Source: Beijerinckiaceae bacterium
GTDB taxonomy: Bacteria > Pseudomonadota > Alphaproteobacteria > Rhizobiales > Beijerinckiaceae
DNA length: 64,000 nt
Direction: 5' to 3'
Assembly (NCBI GenBank): GCA_036265935.1
Contig: DATAOB010000002.1
Location: 1,055 to 65,054 of the forward strand
The first letter of the stretch is position 1, and each line of letters opens with the position of its first letter. Shown piece after piece: positions 11,639 through 21,364 of this stretch. The notes below the pieces were generated by a model. That model searched no databases, was not told the origin of the DNA, and saw nothing but the letters and a program-made list of their open reading frames with translations. Position numbers and translations under genes: made by a program.

Positions 11639-12880
11639 CTAAGTTTGCCCCGGCCGTAGCGTGTAGAAGATGTGGTGGCCGATCACGTCCATCTTCTTCA
11701 ATCGTTTGGCCCAGCGCGGACGCACGTAATTGGCATGGTAATGGGTCGATCCGCCGACATCGGCCAAATAGGTTTTGCCGTCCATCACCGCGTCGGCAAT
11801 GCGCCGTGCCGTCCCCCACGATTCGTCGTCCGTGATGCGCAGCGACTTGCCTTCGCAAGCAAACGAAAATTGGCAAGCGTGCCAGCGGTGGCGGTTCTGG
11901 TAGACGACGCCGCAAACGCTGGCTGGATAGAGCCCGCTTGAGACGCGATTGAGCACGACTTGTGCGACCGCCGCTTGGCCCTCTTCGGGCTCACTGCGCG
12001 CCTCGAAATAGATCGCCTCCGCGAGGCACTTTCGCTCCCGGCCTGCCTGCTCCTGGTCGATGAGTGAGGCGTAATCGGGCCGACCCGGTGTCCGTGCGAC
12101 TTGCGTGGTCCCGGCGTCCTTGGCCACCCCGACACGCGGCACCCCAGGCAGCGCGACAATCTCGACCGGCGTTGCGTCGGCCGGAGCCGGGGTAGTCGAT
12201 CCGAGCGCGACGGCGCGCGCGACCTTGGGGGTGGCGCCCTGCATGAGGCGCTCGGCGATTGCAGCCGGCCGTACGGTAAAGGCCGAGCCGCCCTGGCCAG
12301 GCGAGGCGTCGGCGCGCGTCCGCTGAGTCGTGGGGCTTTCGCCATCCCCCCACGGCTCGAAGCTGGCAACGGCTTCGGGGCCCTGCGGCTCACCCTCTGC
12401 AGGCTCGAACGTTGTCGCCGGAGAGGTCTCGTCGTGGCGGAAGGTGAGTATCCCGGCCATGTACTTGGAGATCCCATTGGGGCCGCGCAGCTTGGTGTCG
12501 AAGGTCGGGCGCAGCCGCACCGCTGGGTCGCCCTTATGGGCGCGGTCGACAATCGGGAAATGGCGAGCCTGAATTTTGAGGTCACCGCGCGGCGCAATTT
12601 CGTCCGGAAGGGCGGCGAAATCTTCAGGCGCGCCGATCGCCAGGCGCGCCTCGCGCAAGAGACCGCGCCCGGAGCCGAACATGCCGAGATTGCCGGTAAA
12701 AATATCGCCGCGCGGGACAAGGTCGATCGGCTGCATGGCGGCGCGTGCGACGATCGGCGCCATGGATGCGCCGCTGACGACATCCTGGCCGGCATCGGCG
12801 GTCACGGATACGACAATGCCGATCCCGAGGCACCACGGCGCCACGACAGTGAGCGCCCAACCGATCCGCGACCGACCCAT
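11639..12880 (-). CDS. membrane-anchored cell wall hydrolase, SleB-domain family
   Basis: ORF 11639..12949, start taken at Met24 (MGRSRIGWALTVVAPW, TM anchor). The C-terminal domain CLAEAIYFEARSEPEEGQAAVAQVVLNRV...CQFSFACEG...HYHANYVRPRWA matches SleB-type hydrolases. Confidence 0.75.
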   Translation of the reverse strand: MGRSRIGWALTVVAPWCLGIGIVVSVTADAGQDVVSGASMAPIVARAAMQPIDLVPRGDIFTGNLGMFGSGRGLLREARLAIGAPEDFAALPDEIAPRGDLKIQARHFPIVDRAHKGDPAVRLRPTFDTKLRGPNGISKYMAGILTFRHDETSPATTFEPAEGEPQGPEAVASFEPWGDGESPTTQRTRADASPGQGGSAFTVRPAAIAERLMQGATPKVARAVALGSTTPAPADATPVEIVALPGVPRVGVAKDAGTTQVARTPGRPDYASLIDQEQAGRERKCLAEAIYFEARSEPEEGQAAVAQVVLNRVSSGLYPASVCGVVYQNRHRWHACQFSFACEGKSLRITDDESWGTARRIADAVMDGKTYLADVGGSTHYHANYVRPRWAKRLKKMDVIGHHIFYTLRPGQT

Positions 12881-13120
12881 ACGCGACCCGCGCACCTGTG
12901 AATGGGTGAGGTGCGCGCCGTGGCGCGCGGGCCACGTAAAAGCGCGCAATTCTCTTCAAAAAAGTTATCGCCCCTTAAGATTGCGGGTGGGTTACTGGCG
13001 GGGTGTGTACCCGTGTGCCGGAATGGCGCATGGCTTTCGCAGGCCGCATTTCGGTCGCTTTGCGGGCCGATGTGGCGAGCGGAGCCAGGTCACACCCGGC
13101 ATTACAGGAAAGTTAGCGTC

Positions 13121-13663
13121 ATGAAAGCTCGCTCTGCTGCATTCATTTCCGTGGCCGCCTTCGCGGCTATGGTCTCCCTCGCTTCGCCCGCTTCCGCCCA
13201 GGCGCGCGTTGGCTTTCTGCATTGTGCGGTGGCGCCGGGCGCAGGCATGGTCGTGACCTCGGCTCGCGCACTCGACTGCACGTTCACGCCGAGTGTGCTC
13301 GGGCCGGTGGAACGCTATGTCGGAACCGTCACGCGCTACGGCATGGATCTCGGTGTGACAGGGCCCGGCGACATCGACTGGGCGGTGCTTGCTCCAACTG
13401 CGATCCCGGGGCCAGGCGCGCTTGCCGGCGTGTATGGCGGCGTCGGGGGTGTGGCGACGCTCGGGATCGGCGGCGGCGCTGCGCTCCTAGCTGGCGGCAA
13501 CGGGCTGACGACCAGCTTGCAACCGCTTTCGGTTCACGGCCAGAGCGGCGCCAACCTTGCAGGCGGTATCGTGGGCATCCAGTTGACCTACGTCCCACCA
13601 CCGGCGGGCCGCTATTATCGACATCACCGTGCCCATCGACGCCATTATCGGCACCACGCTTAG
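13121..13663 (+). CDS. DUF992-family secreted protein with a His/Arg/Tyr-rich C-terminal tail
   Basis: Met74 of ORF 12902..13663. Signal peptide MKARSAAFISVAAFAAMVSLASPASA. Core VGFLHCAVAPGAGMVVTSARALDCTFTP...YVGTVTRYGMDLGVTG resembles DUF992 as I recall it. Confidence 0.65.
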   Translation: MKARSAAFISVAAFAAMVSLASPASAQARVGFLHCAVAPGAGMVVTSARALDCTFTPSVLGPVERYVGTVTRYGMDLGVTGPGDIDWAVLAPTAIPGPGALAGVYGGVGGVATLGIGGGAALLAGGNGLTTSLQPLSVHGQSGANLAGGIVGIQLTYVPPPAGRYYRHHRAHRRHYRHHA

Positions 13664-13674
13664 AGCGCGTGCGG

Positions 13675-14619
13675 CTAGATCGCGGGCCGCAACCGGCGCT
13701 CCAGTTCCGCGGCGATCTTGAGCTCGCGCGCAAATGGGCCGCCGTCGCCGCCGAGTCGTCGCGCGGCGGCAAGACCCGCCGAACCGAAGCGCGCGCGGAT
13801 GCTTTCTTCGATCCACATTTCTTCTTGACGGGCGCGCCTCGCTTCGAGGCGTTTGCCTGCTGCGAGATGCGCCCGGTGCGCGTCAATTGCGGCTCGCAGA
13901 TCCGCGAGGCCTTCACCGCGCGCCGCCGAGACGAGTACGACCGCCGGTCGCCAATCCCCCGCTTGCCGACTGAACAGGCTCAGCGCACCCTCCGCCTCGC
14001 TCTTGGCGCGGCTCGCCGCCGTGCCGAGATCGGCTTTGGTGACCGCGACAACATCCGGCAACTCCATGACGCCGGCTTTCATGAATTGCAGGCTGTCGCC
14101 GGAGGCGGGCTGGATGCAGAGCACGACGGTGTCCGCGACGAGCACGATGTCGGCCTCCGATTGGCCGATGCCGACTGTTTCGACGAGCACGCGGTCATAC
14201 AGCGCGCGAAGCAGCGCGACCGCGGCGATGGTCTCGTCGGAAAGTCCGCCGAGCCGGTCGCGCGCCGCCATAGAGCGAATGTAGACGTGCGGATCCTTCG
14301 GATCGCTGACGATGCGCGCGCGATCGCCGAGTAGCGCGCCGCCGCTGACGCGCGACGATGGATCAACAGCAACCACCGCAAGGCTTTCACCGGTGGCCCG
14401 CCAATCGCGGAGCAGCGCGCTGGTGAGTGTCGATTTGCCGACGCCCGGTGGCCCGGTCAGTCCCGTCACATGCGCGCGTGACGCAGCGACGGCTTCGTCG
14501 AGCAGCGCCGCGAGTTCTGCGGTGCCGCGCGCCGTCTCGATCAGCGCAAGCGCAGAAGCGACGGCCCGCTTGCCACCGGCGGCGATCGTCGCGAGCGTCG
14601 GAATCCGGTGCTGCTTCAC
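13675..14619 (-). CDS. meaB: methylmalonyl-CoA mutase-associated G3E GTPase (MeaB/ArgK)
   Basis: ORF 13675..14757. P-loop GPPGVGKSTL, plus VETVGIGQSE and TKADL. Start placed at GTG 14617-14619 so it does not overlap the upstream yjbQ-like gene; the exact start is uncertain. Confidence 0.8.
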   Translation of the reverse strand: MKQHRIPTLATIAAGGKRAVASALALIETARGTAELAALLDEAVAASRAHVTGLTGPPGVGKSTLTSALLRDWRATGESLAVVAVDPSSRVSGGALLGDRARIVSDPKDPHVYIRSMAARDRLGGLSDETIAAVALLRALYDRVLVETVGIGQSEADIVLVADTVVLCIQPASGDSLQFMKAGVMELPDVVAVTKADLGTAASRAKSEAEGALSLFSRQAGDWRPAVVLVSAARGEGLADLRAAIDAHRAHLAAGKRLEARRARQEEMWIEESIRARFGSAGLAAARRLGGDGGPFARELKIAAELERRLRPAI

Positions 14620-14638
14620 GAGCAACCCCGCGCCGTCA

Positions 14639-15055
14639 TCACTCGCCGACAAGATGAAGCACGAGCTCGCGCGTATGCGGCGCGCGGCGATGTTCGAAGA
14701 GATAAATGCCTTGCCAGGTGCCGAGCGCGGGCTCGCCGTTGACGATGGGAATGGCAAGATGGGTTTGCGTCAGCGCCGTGCGAATATGCGCCGGCATGTC
14801 GTCCGGACCTTCGGTGTCGTGCTCATAGATTGCTGATTCCGGCGCGATGCGCTCGAAATAAGCTTCCATATCGGAGCGAACGGTAGGGTCGGCATTCTCC
14901 TGGATGAGCAGCGACGCCGAGGTGTGCCGGCAAAAGACCGTCATCAGCCCGGTCTCACATCGATGTTCCGCGAGAAAAGCCCGCACGTTGCTTGTCACGT
15001 CGGTGAAACCGCGCCCCGATGTCCTAATCCTCAGCCGATGCTGCGCCTGCCGCAT
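14639..15055 (-). CDS. YjbQ/UPF0047 family protein (secondary thiamine-phosphate synthase-like)
   Basis: 138-aa ORF with CRHTSASLLIQENADP, HIRTALT and GTWQGIYLFEHR, typical of the YjbQ family. Confidence 0.75.
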   Translation of the reverse strand: MRQAQHRLRIRTSGRGFTDVTSNVRAFLAEHRCETGLMTVFCRHTSASLLIQENADPTVRSDMEAYFERIAPESAIYEHDTEGPDDMPAHIRTALTQTHLAIPIVNGEPALGTWQGIYLFEHRRAPHTRELVLHLVGE

Positions 15056-15198
15056 ATGGTTCGCGTGTCCTCTCCCTTTCGGGCGATAGCACGAAATCCT
15101 CCTCCCGCACGCCTGCCGAACGATGCGTTCCTTTCATCGACAAGCCGTGCGCTCCGACCTAGTCTTCTGCCGACCATCACACCGAGAGGGAGAAAAGT

Positions 15199-16188
15199 AT
15201 GGCTCAGCCTGCCCTGAAAAAGGAGGCACCCCCGGTCCACACCCCCGGGCGCGGCCGGATATATGATTCGATCACCGATACGATCGGCGATACGCCGATC
15301 GTGCGGCTCGACCGTATCGCCAAGGAGCACAATATCCGCGCCAACCTCCTGGCGAAACTCGAATTCTTCAATCCGATCGCCAGCGTCAAGGATCGCATCG
15401 GCGTCAGTATGATCGATGCGATGGAAGCCGCGGGCAAGATCACGCCCGGCAAAACGACGCTGGTCGAGCCGACCTCCGGCAATACAGGCATTGCGCTCGC
15501 GTTCGTCGCCGCGGCGCGCGGCTACAAGCTGATCCTGGTCATGCCGGAGACGATGTCGGTGGAGCGCCGCAAGATGCTGGCGCTGCTCGGTGCGCAATTG
15601 GAGCTGACCCCCGGCCCGGGCGGGATGAAGGCGGCTATCGGCAAGGCGCAGGAGATCATCGATTCGACACCGGGCGCGGTGATGCCACAGCAATTCGAAA
15701 ATCCCGCCAATCCGGAAATCCATCGCCGCACAACGGCCGAGGAAATCTGGAAAGACACCCAGGGTGAGGTCGACGTCATCGTCTCCGGTATCGGCACGGG
15801 CGGCACGATCACCGGCGCCGGGCAGGTGCTGAAGCCCCGCCGCCCAGGATTGAAGATGGTTGCCGTCGAGCCGGTAGAATCGCCGGTGCTTTCGGGCGGC
15901 CAGCCAGGACCGCACAAAATTCAGGGGATCGGCGCGGGGTTCGTGCCGGCGGTGCTCGACACGTCGGTCATCGATGAGATCGTGCAGATCGATAGCCAGA
16001 CCGCCCTCGACATGGCGCGCCATGTTGCGCGGCTCGAAGGCATCCCGGTCGGCATCTCCTCCGGCGCGGCGGTGGCGGCGGCATTGAAGATTGCGGCGCG
16101 TCCGGAGATGGCCGGAAAGAACATCGTGATCATCATCCCGTCGTTTGCGGAACGGTATCTTTCGACGGCCTTGTTCGATGGGCTGTAA
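15199..16188 (+). CDS. cysK: cysteine synthase A (O-acetylserine sulfhydrylase)
   Basis: 329-aa ORF with the PLP-lysine region [21 protein letters not shown] and the [10 protein letters not shown] loop. Confidence 0.92.
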   Translation: MAQPALKKEAPPVHTPGRGRIYDSITDTIGDTPIVRLDRIAKEHNIRANLLAKLEFFNPIASVKDRIGVSMIDAMEAAGKITPGKTTLVEPTSGNTGIALAFVAAARGYKLILVMPETMSVERRKMLALLGAQLELTPGPGGMKAAIGKAQEIIDSTPGAVMPQQFENPANPEIHRRTTAEEIWKDTQGEVDVIVSGIGTGGTITGAGQVLKPRRPGLKMVAVEPVESPVLSGGQPGPHKIQGIGAGFVPAVLDTSVIDEIVQIDSQTALDMARHVARLEGIPVGISSGAAVAAALKIAARPEMAGKNIVIIIPSFAERYLSTALFDGL

Positions 16189-16218
16189 TGACCGCGCAAC
16201 CTGCCCATGTGGTGATCA

Positions 16219-16246
16219 GGGCCGCGATCTGCGGCCCTTTTCATTT
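16219..16246 (+). terminator. rho-independent terminator downstream of cysK
   Basis: GGGCCGC (16219-16225), loop GATCT, GCGGCCC (16231-16237), then TTTTCATTT. Confidence 0.6.
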
Positions 16247-16285
16247 GCACGACCCTCCGATATGCGCTCCGGCAGGAGGGCGCGG

Positions 16286-17059
16286 ATGGCATACGCAAAT
16301 ATCGAGGTCGAGACGCACGAAAAGGTCGGCCTCATCCGGCTCAATCGGCCGCAGGCGCTCAATGCATTGAATTCGCCACTCGTCGACGAACTCGGCCAAG
16401 CGCTCGACGGGTTCGAGCGCGACAACAATATCGGCTGCATCGTCATCACCGGCTCGCCCAAAGCCTTCGCGGCAGGGGCCGACATCAAGGAAATGCAGGC
16501 GAAGACCTACGCCGACGCTTATCTCAATGATTTTATCCTGAGTTGGGAGCGTGTATCGCGGACGCGAAAGCCGACCATCGCCGCAGTTGCCGGCTTCGCC
16601 CTCGGCGGCGGCTGCGAACTCGCGATGATGTGCGACATCGTCATCGCCGCCGAGAACGCGAAATTCGGCCAGCCCGAGATCAAGCTCGGAGTGATGCCCG
16701 GGGTCGGCGGGACGCAGCGCCTGACTCGCTTTGTCGGCAAGGCCAAGGCGATGGAAATGTGCCTCACCGGCCGCATGATGGATGCAGCCGAGGCCGAGCG
16801 CTCCGGCCTTGTCAGCCGCGTCGTTCCCGCCGATCAGCTCATCGAGGAGGCCCTGAAGACGGCGCGCACCATCGCTTCGATGTCACGCCCGGTGGTGATG
16901 ATGGCCAAAGAGAGCGTCAATCGCGCCTACGAGACGACGCTTGCCGAAGGCATCCGCTTCGAGCGGCGCGTGTTCCATTCTATGTTCGCGCTCGAAGATC
17001 AGAAGGAAGGCATGACCGCTTTCGTCGAGAAGCGTTCGCCCAATTTCAAAGATCGCTGA
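16286..17059 (+). CDS. enoyl-CoA hydratase (crotonase family)
   Basis: Met48 of ORF 16145..17059 ([28 protein letters not shown]). Motifs [10 protein letters not shown] and [11 protein letters not shown]. Confidence 0.88.
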   Translation: MAYANIEVETHEKVGLIRLNRPQALNALNSPLVDELGQALDGFERDNNIGCIVITGSPKAFAAGADIKEMQAKTYADAYLNDFILSWERVSRTRKPTIAAVAGFALGGGCELAMMCDIVIAAENAKFGQPEIKLGVMPGVGGTQRLTRFVGKAKAMEMCLTGRMMDAAEAERSGLVSRVVPADQLIEEALKTARTIASMSRPVVMMAKESVNRAYETTLAEGIRFERRVFHSMFALEDQKEGMTAFVEKRSPNFKDR

Positions 17060-17068
17060 GGTTTGCAC

Positions 17069-17959
17069 ATGAGTCCTCGTCTCTCCGGCGTCATCGCTGC
17101 GATCGCCACGCCGATCAACGCCGAACTGGCGCCCGATGTTTCGCGCTTCATCAAGCTGGCGCAGCATCTCCTCGACAATGGCTGCGACGGCCTGAACGTC
17201 CTCGGCACGACCGGTGAGGCGACATCGTTCTCATTCGAGCAGCGCGCGAGCGTGATGCGGGCAGCAGCGGCCGAACTCGACTGCAAGCGCCTCATGGTTG
17301 GCACGGGAGCGGCTTCGCTCGCCGAAACGACGGCGCTGACGCGGCTTGCCGCCGAACTCGGCTTTGCTGGCGCGCTCATCCTGCCGCCCTTCTATTACAA
17401 AGACATCGATCCCCGCGGCGTGTTCGATTATCTCGCCGCAATTATCGGGGCGAACGCGGCGCGGTCGATCCCGATCTACCTCTATAATTTTCCGGCGCTT
17501 TCGGGCGTGCCCTATGGGCGCGAGCTCGTCGCCCGGTTGATCGAGGCCTTCCCCGATCGAATGGCGGGGTTGAAGGATTCCTCCGGCGACATGCCCTATG
17601 CGCGGGCGCTCGCCAAGGCTCATCCGGGCTTTGCCGTCTTCCCCTCGACCGAAGCCGCGCTTGCCGAGGCGCGCAGCGCGGGCTTCGCCGGCTGCATTTC
17701 GGCGACGGCCAATCTGAATTCCGACCTCTGCGGCGCGGCCTGGAACAGCGGTGATCAGCGGGCGCTCGAGCGCGCCGTCGCCATCCGCAAGCTCTTCGAC
17801 GGCAAGCCGCTTGTCGCCGGCGTCAAGGCGGGGCTCGCCCATATGCACGCCGACGAGCGCCTCGCGCGGACGATGCCGCCCCTGGTGGCGTGGCCGGACG
17901 CGGAGCGGAAGGCGCTGGCGCGTGCGATCGATGAAATTCGCGCGGCCGTGCCTGCCTGA
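17069..17959 (+). CDS. dihydrodipicolinate synthase/N-acetylneuraminate lyase family protein
   Basis: ORF 17063..17959 (TTG). The ATG at 17069 is preceded by GAGG. GTTGE and YNFP motifs fit the DapA family; the substrate is unknown. Confidence 0.7.
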   Translation: MSPRLSGVIAAIATPINAELAPDVSRFIKLAQHLLDNGCDGLNVLGTTGEATSFSFEQRASVMRAAAAELDCKRLMVGTGAASLAETTALTRLAAELGFAGALILPPFYYKDIDPRGVFDYLAAIIGANAARSIPIYLYNFPALSGVPYGRELVARLIEAFPDRMAGLKDSSGDMPYARALAKAHPGFAVFPSTEAALAEARSAGFAGCISATANLNSDLCGAAWNSGDQRALERAVAIRKLFDGKPLVAGVKAGLAHMHADERLARTMPPLVAWPDAERKALARAIDEIRAAVPA

Positions 17960-17970
17960 GCCGTGCAGCG

Positions 17971-17999
17971 TTGACCCTTGATAGGGCCGGCCTTATAAG
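17971..17999 (+). promoter_or_regulatory. sigma70-type promoter candidate for rpsT
   Basis: TTGACC (17971-17976), a 17-nt spacer, then TATAAG (17994-17999), about 110 nt upstream of the rpsT ATG. Confidence 0.5.
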
Positions 18000-18109
18000 C
18001 CGGCGTTCACTGTCCTGAAGCGGCGCGTTCACGCATGCCGGGACGAAGATCAGCCGTTTTAAGCGTCGCGGCATCGCCTGATCGGGCGCGTCTGCTTTGA
18101 GGAAAATCC

Positions 18110-18376
18110 ATGGCGAATACCAAATCGGCCAAAAAGGCCGTTCGCAAAATCGAGCGCCGCACTGCAGTCAATCGTTCGCGCCGCAGCCAGATGCGCACCT
18201 ATGTCCGCAAGTTCGACGAGGCGCTCGCGACCGGCGATGCCGAGGCAGCGACAACGGCTCTGCAGGAGGCCGCACCTCTTGTCATGCGCGCGGCGCAAAA
18301 GGGCATCCTGCACAAGAACACTGCATCGCGGAAAGTATCGCGCATGACCAAGCAGCTGAAAGGTCTGGCGAAATAA
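18110..18376 (+). CDS. rpsT: 30S ribosomal protein S20
   Basis: 88-aa [37 protein letters not shown]. Confidence 0.95.
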   Translation: MANTKSAKKAVRKIERRTAVNRSRRSQMRTYVRKFDEALATGDAEAATTALQEAAPLVMRAAQKGILHKNTASRKVSRMTKQLKGLAK

Positions 18377-18406
18377 TCTGCCGCTTGTTGTGCCCGCGAC
18401 GAGCCG

Positions 18407-18434
18407 ACCCGGCCGTGCGCCGGGTTTTCTTTTG
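18407..18434 (+). terminator. rho-independent terminator of rpsT
   Basis: ACCCGGC (18407-18413), loop CGTGC, GCCGGGT (18419-18425), then TTTCTTTTG. Confidence 0.7.
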
Positions 18435-18481
18435 CGACAGCCGCCACGCCATTCGAATTTTTTTGGGCCGGGATTCGGCGG

Positions 18482-18496
18482 TTAAAAATTTGTTAA
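18482..18496. promoter_or_regulatory. perfect CtrA-type box TTAA-N7-TTAA in an AT-rich patch
   Basis: The sequence is TTAAAAATTTGTTAA. It is the only full TTAA-N7-TTAA I found in the window, and it lies between rpsT and dnaA. Confidence 0.45.
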
Positions 18497-19305
18497 CTCG
18501 GACAGAGCGTTATTCCCCAAGCCAATTGACGCGTCATACCCTCGCCTCTTGACTCGCCCGATATTCGCGTAACGTTCTCATTTGCTCGATCTTTGCGTCG
18601 CCGCGAGCCGTATCGAGCACGCTCGCAAGAGCGGGCTTTGAATCAGTGACTTGCCTGCGTCAACCTGACTCATGGGTGACACAAAAGTACGTCGGCACCA
18701 CCTTGTGTGTCGGTCTTGTGACAACCTGATTGCGCTCGCCAAAGCCCGAGTCTACGTTTTTCTGGAAGCCGGGGCTTGTTCACTTCGCACGTGAAAAGCG
18801 CGGGAGGCGCTGGGGGAACGGCAGTTTTTTGCGCGGTGGCGCAGACTCTGCTCTCGCTAGCTCGTATCCGCACTTCGAAACGTTCGAGGATTGGTCTCGA
18901 CGCCGCAAGGCGCCGCGGGAATGTGCGTTTCGTTCCGTTCGGTTTCGATTCAAGCATTGGTTCGGGGACTACGACTGCGGCTCAGCGACCGCAGAGGGGG
19001 AAACAATGAGAGGCCGACAGACCGCCAATAAGTATAAAGAATGCGGGCATGCGTTTGGGTTTCTGAGGCGAGAATGCGCGTTGCATATTGAATCCGTTGC
19101 TGCCAACGGCGCTGTGTACCGGTTTGCTGCCGCTGATTTTTCGATAAGTTGTCGCGACTCCGGTTGGGTTTTGAAGCTCGGGCCGCCACTTGGCTGATCG
19201 CCCGCGCCGCTAGGCGTCAAGCAAACCCATCCTTCCTGGCCTGTTGACGAACGGTTGCGCACGCCGCGCGCCGTCGCAGGCTCGATTTGCGCCTGTCTCA
19301 AGGTG

Positions 19306-20823
19306 ATGACAATGATCGCTCATACACAGCAATCTGCCGCATATTCGCAATCGCGTTCCGATGAAAATCGCGCTCAAAGCGTTGAAGAAGCCTGGTCCCG
19401 CGCCTGTCGGCGCCTGCGTGCCGAACTTGGCGAGGCCGTCTACGGCTCTTGGCTCGCTGGTCTCGAGCTGGTGCGCATCGAAAACGGCGTCGCCCACGTC
19501 TCGGTGCCGACGAAGTTCCTGAAAAGCTGGATCCAATCGCATTACACGGATCGAGTTCGCGCCGCTCTCTCCAGCGAATTCGGCGGCATCGAGAAGCTGA
19601 ATGTCGAGGTACGCTCGAGCACGAAGATGCGAATGCCGTTGCGCGACCCGAACCTCGAGCGAAAGCCCGTCACCGGAGCTGGTGTTGCACAAACGGCACC
19701 TTCCAGCAGTCCCAGTACAGTGCAGGAAAACGGCGACACGCGACGCGAGCAGGCTCCCGCGAATATCGATGCGAATGGATTGTCGGGGTCGCCGCTCGAC
19801 AAGCGTTTCACCTTCTCCAGCTTCCTCGTCGGTAGCTCGAACCAGCTCGCCCATGCCGCGGCGATGCGGACCGCGCGGACCAAGCCCGGCGATCCTATCC
19901 TATTCAATCCGCTCTACATTCACGCCTCGGTCGGCCTCGGCAAGACACATCTCCTCCAGGCGATCGCGCACGAGGCCGGCGTCAATGCCCGCCGCGTCAT
20001 CTACCTGACCGCCGAAAAGTTCATGTACGGCTTTGTGGCCGCGCTCAAGGCACAGACGGCGATCGCTTTCAAGGAGAAGCTCCGCGGCATCGACGTGCTG
20101 GTCATCGACGACGTGCAGTTCCTGCAGGGCAAATCGATCCAGCAGGAATTCTGCCACACATTGAACGCGCTCATCGATGCGGGACGGCGGATTGTCATCG
20201 CCGCCGATCGACCGCCCGGCGATCTTGAGAGTCTCGAGGAGCGGGTGCGCTCGCGTCTTGCCGGCGGGCTCTGCGTCGACATGGGCAGTCTCGACGAGAC
20301 GCTGCGCGTGCAAATCATCGAGGCGCGCATCGCCGCGGCCCGCGACATGCAGCCGCAATTTTCGGTTCCGCAGGCGGTCGTGTCTTATGTGGCGAGCGCG
20401 ATCCAGACCAACGGCCGCGACCTCGAAGGCGCGGTCAACCGGCTACTCGCGCATTCGACATTGACCGGGACGCCGCTCACGGTCGAGACGGCGGAAGCCG
20501 CGATCCGCGATCTCATCCGCACGCGCGAGCCGAAGCGCGTGAAGATCGAGGACATCCAGAAACTGGTCGCGAGCCACTACAATGTCAGCCGCGCCGACAT
20601 TCTGTCGTCGCGTCGCACCGCCAACGTCGTGCGCCCGCGCCAGATCGCGATGTATCTTTCGAAACTGTTGACGCTGCGCTCGCTGCCCGAAATCGGCCGC
20701 CGCTTCGGCGGGCGCGACCACACGACGGTTTTGCACGCCGTGCGCAAGATCGAGGAACTTGCCGGCCGCGACGGCATGCTGCTCGACGAGATCGACCTGT
20801 TGAAACGCATGCTTCTGGAGTGA
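19306..20823 (+). CDS. dnaA: chromosomal replication initiator DnaA
   Basis: ORF 19255..20823. AAA+ Walker [19 protein letters not shown], Walker [10 protein letters not shown], and the C-terminal DNA-binding helix [15 protein letters not shown]. Start is ATG 19306 or 19312 (AGGTGA just upstream). Confidence 0.95.
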   Translation: MTMIAHTQQSAAYSQSRSDENRAQSVEEAWSRACRRLRAELGEAVYGSWLAGLELVRIENGVAHVSVPTKFLKSWIQSHYTDRVRAALSSEFGGIEKLNVEVRSSTKMRMPLRDPNLERKPVTGAGVAQTAPSSSPSTVQENGDTRREQAPANIDANGLSGSPLDKRFTFSSFLVGSSNQLAHAAAMRTARTKPGDPILFNPLYIHASVGLGKTHLLQAIAHEAGVNARRVIYLTAEKFMYGFVAALKAQTAIAFKEKLRGIDVLVIDDVQFLQGKSIQQEFCHTLNALIDAGRRIVIAADRPPGDLESLEERVRSRLAGGLCVDMGSLDETLRVQIIEARIAAARDMQPQFSVPQAVVSYVASAIQTNGRDLEGAVNRLLAHSTLTGTPLTVETAEAAIRDLIRTREPKRVKIEDIQKLVASHYNVSRADILSSRRTANVVRPRQIAMYLSKLLTLRSLPEIGRRFGGRDHTTVLHAVRKIEELAGRDGMLLDEIDLLKRMLLE

Positions 20824-21364
20824 AACGCAGGCCTGAGAGCCTGTTGAAAAGCTGTGGAAGGATTGTGGAGAAGTTTTGCGGCGGACGCACGATGTTTGTG
20901 CTCCGCCCCCCGTTTGTTCGCGCGCGCAGTTCAATGCTGCTACACCCCAATCCTGAGTGCCATGGCTTTTCCGAGCTGCGAAAGAGTCATACAAGAGACG
21001 CGGAGGGCGAGGGCGTGGAAATGGTTCTCGATTTTCTCGGAAAGCACGCGGCTCACGCGGAGGAAAAACCGCGTCCCCGTCTTGGCCCTAAGGTTCGGCC
21101 GCTCGCGGTCCGAAACGCCGATATGCTGGCCTTGAGAACAGCCCGCGAGGCGCGGCTTGCAGCAGCCGCTGCCTCCAGCCCGATATCAGGACCCGCTCGC
21201 GGCGCGAACGCAATACCCGTCGAGCGGCGTCCGGCAGAACGCGCCGGGATGCTTTCAACAACCGCCCCCCGCAGCGCGCCGAGGTCCTGAGCGGCACTGA
21301 ACGTGGCATTGCGCTATCTAATCGGCTAGCAGTCGCCTGCGACTAGGCGAAAGCTGGATCATCG

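Noticed and set aside
18730-19197. A 155-aa ORF (and several 60-110-aa ORFs) inside the rpsT-dnaA spacer.
   Set aside because: TTG start without an RBS, no recognisable domain, low-complexity or odd composition, and overlapping ORFs in several frames. I treat the region as non-coding regulatory DNA.
18377-21364. Calling the dnaA flanks the chromosomal origin (oriC).
   Set aside because: Only degenerate DnaA boxes are present. In several alphaproteobacteria the origin lies near hemE rather than dnaA, and GC skew cannot be judged from one window. I kept it as a possibility within the findings, not as a feature.
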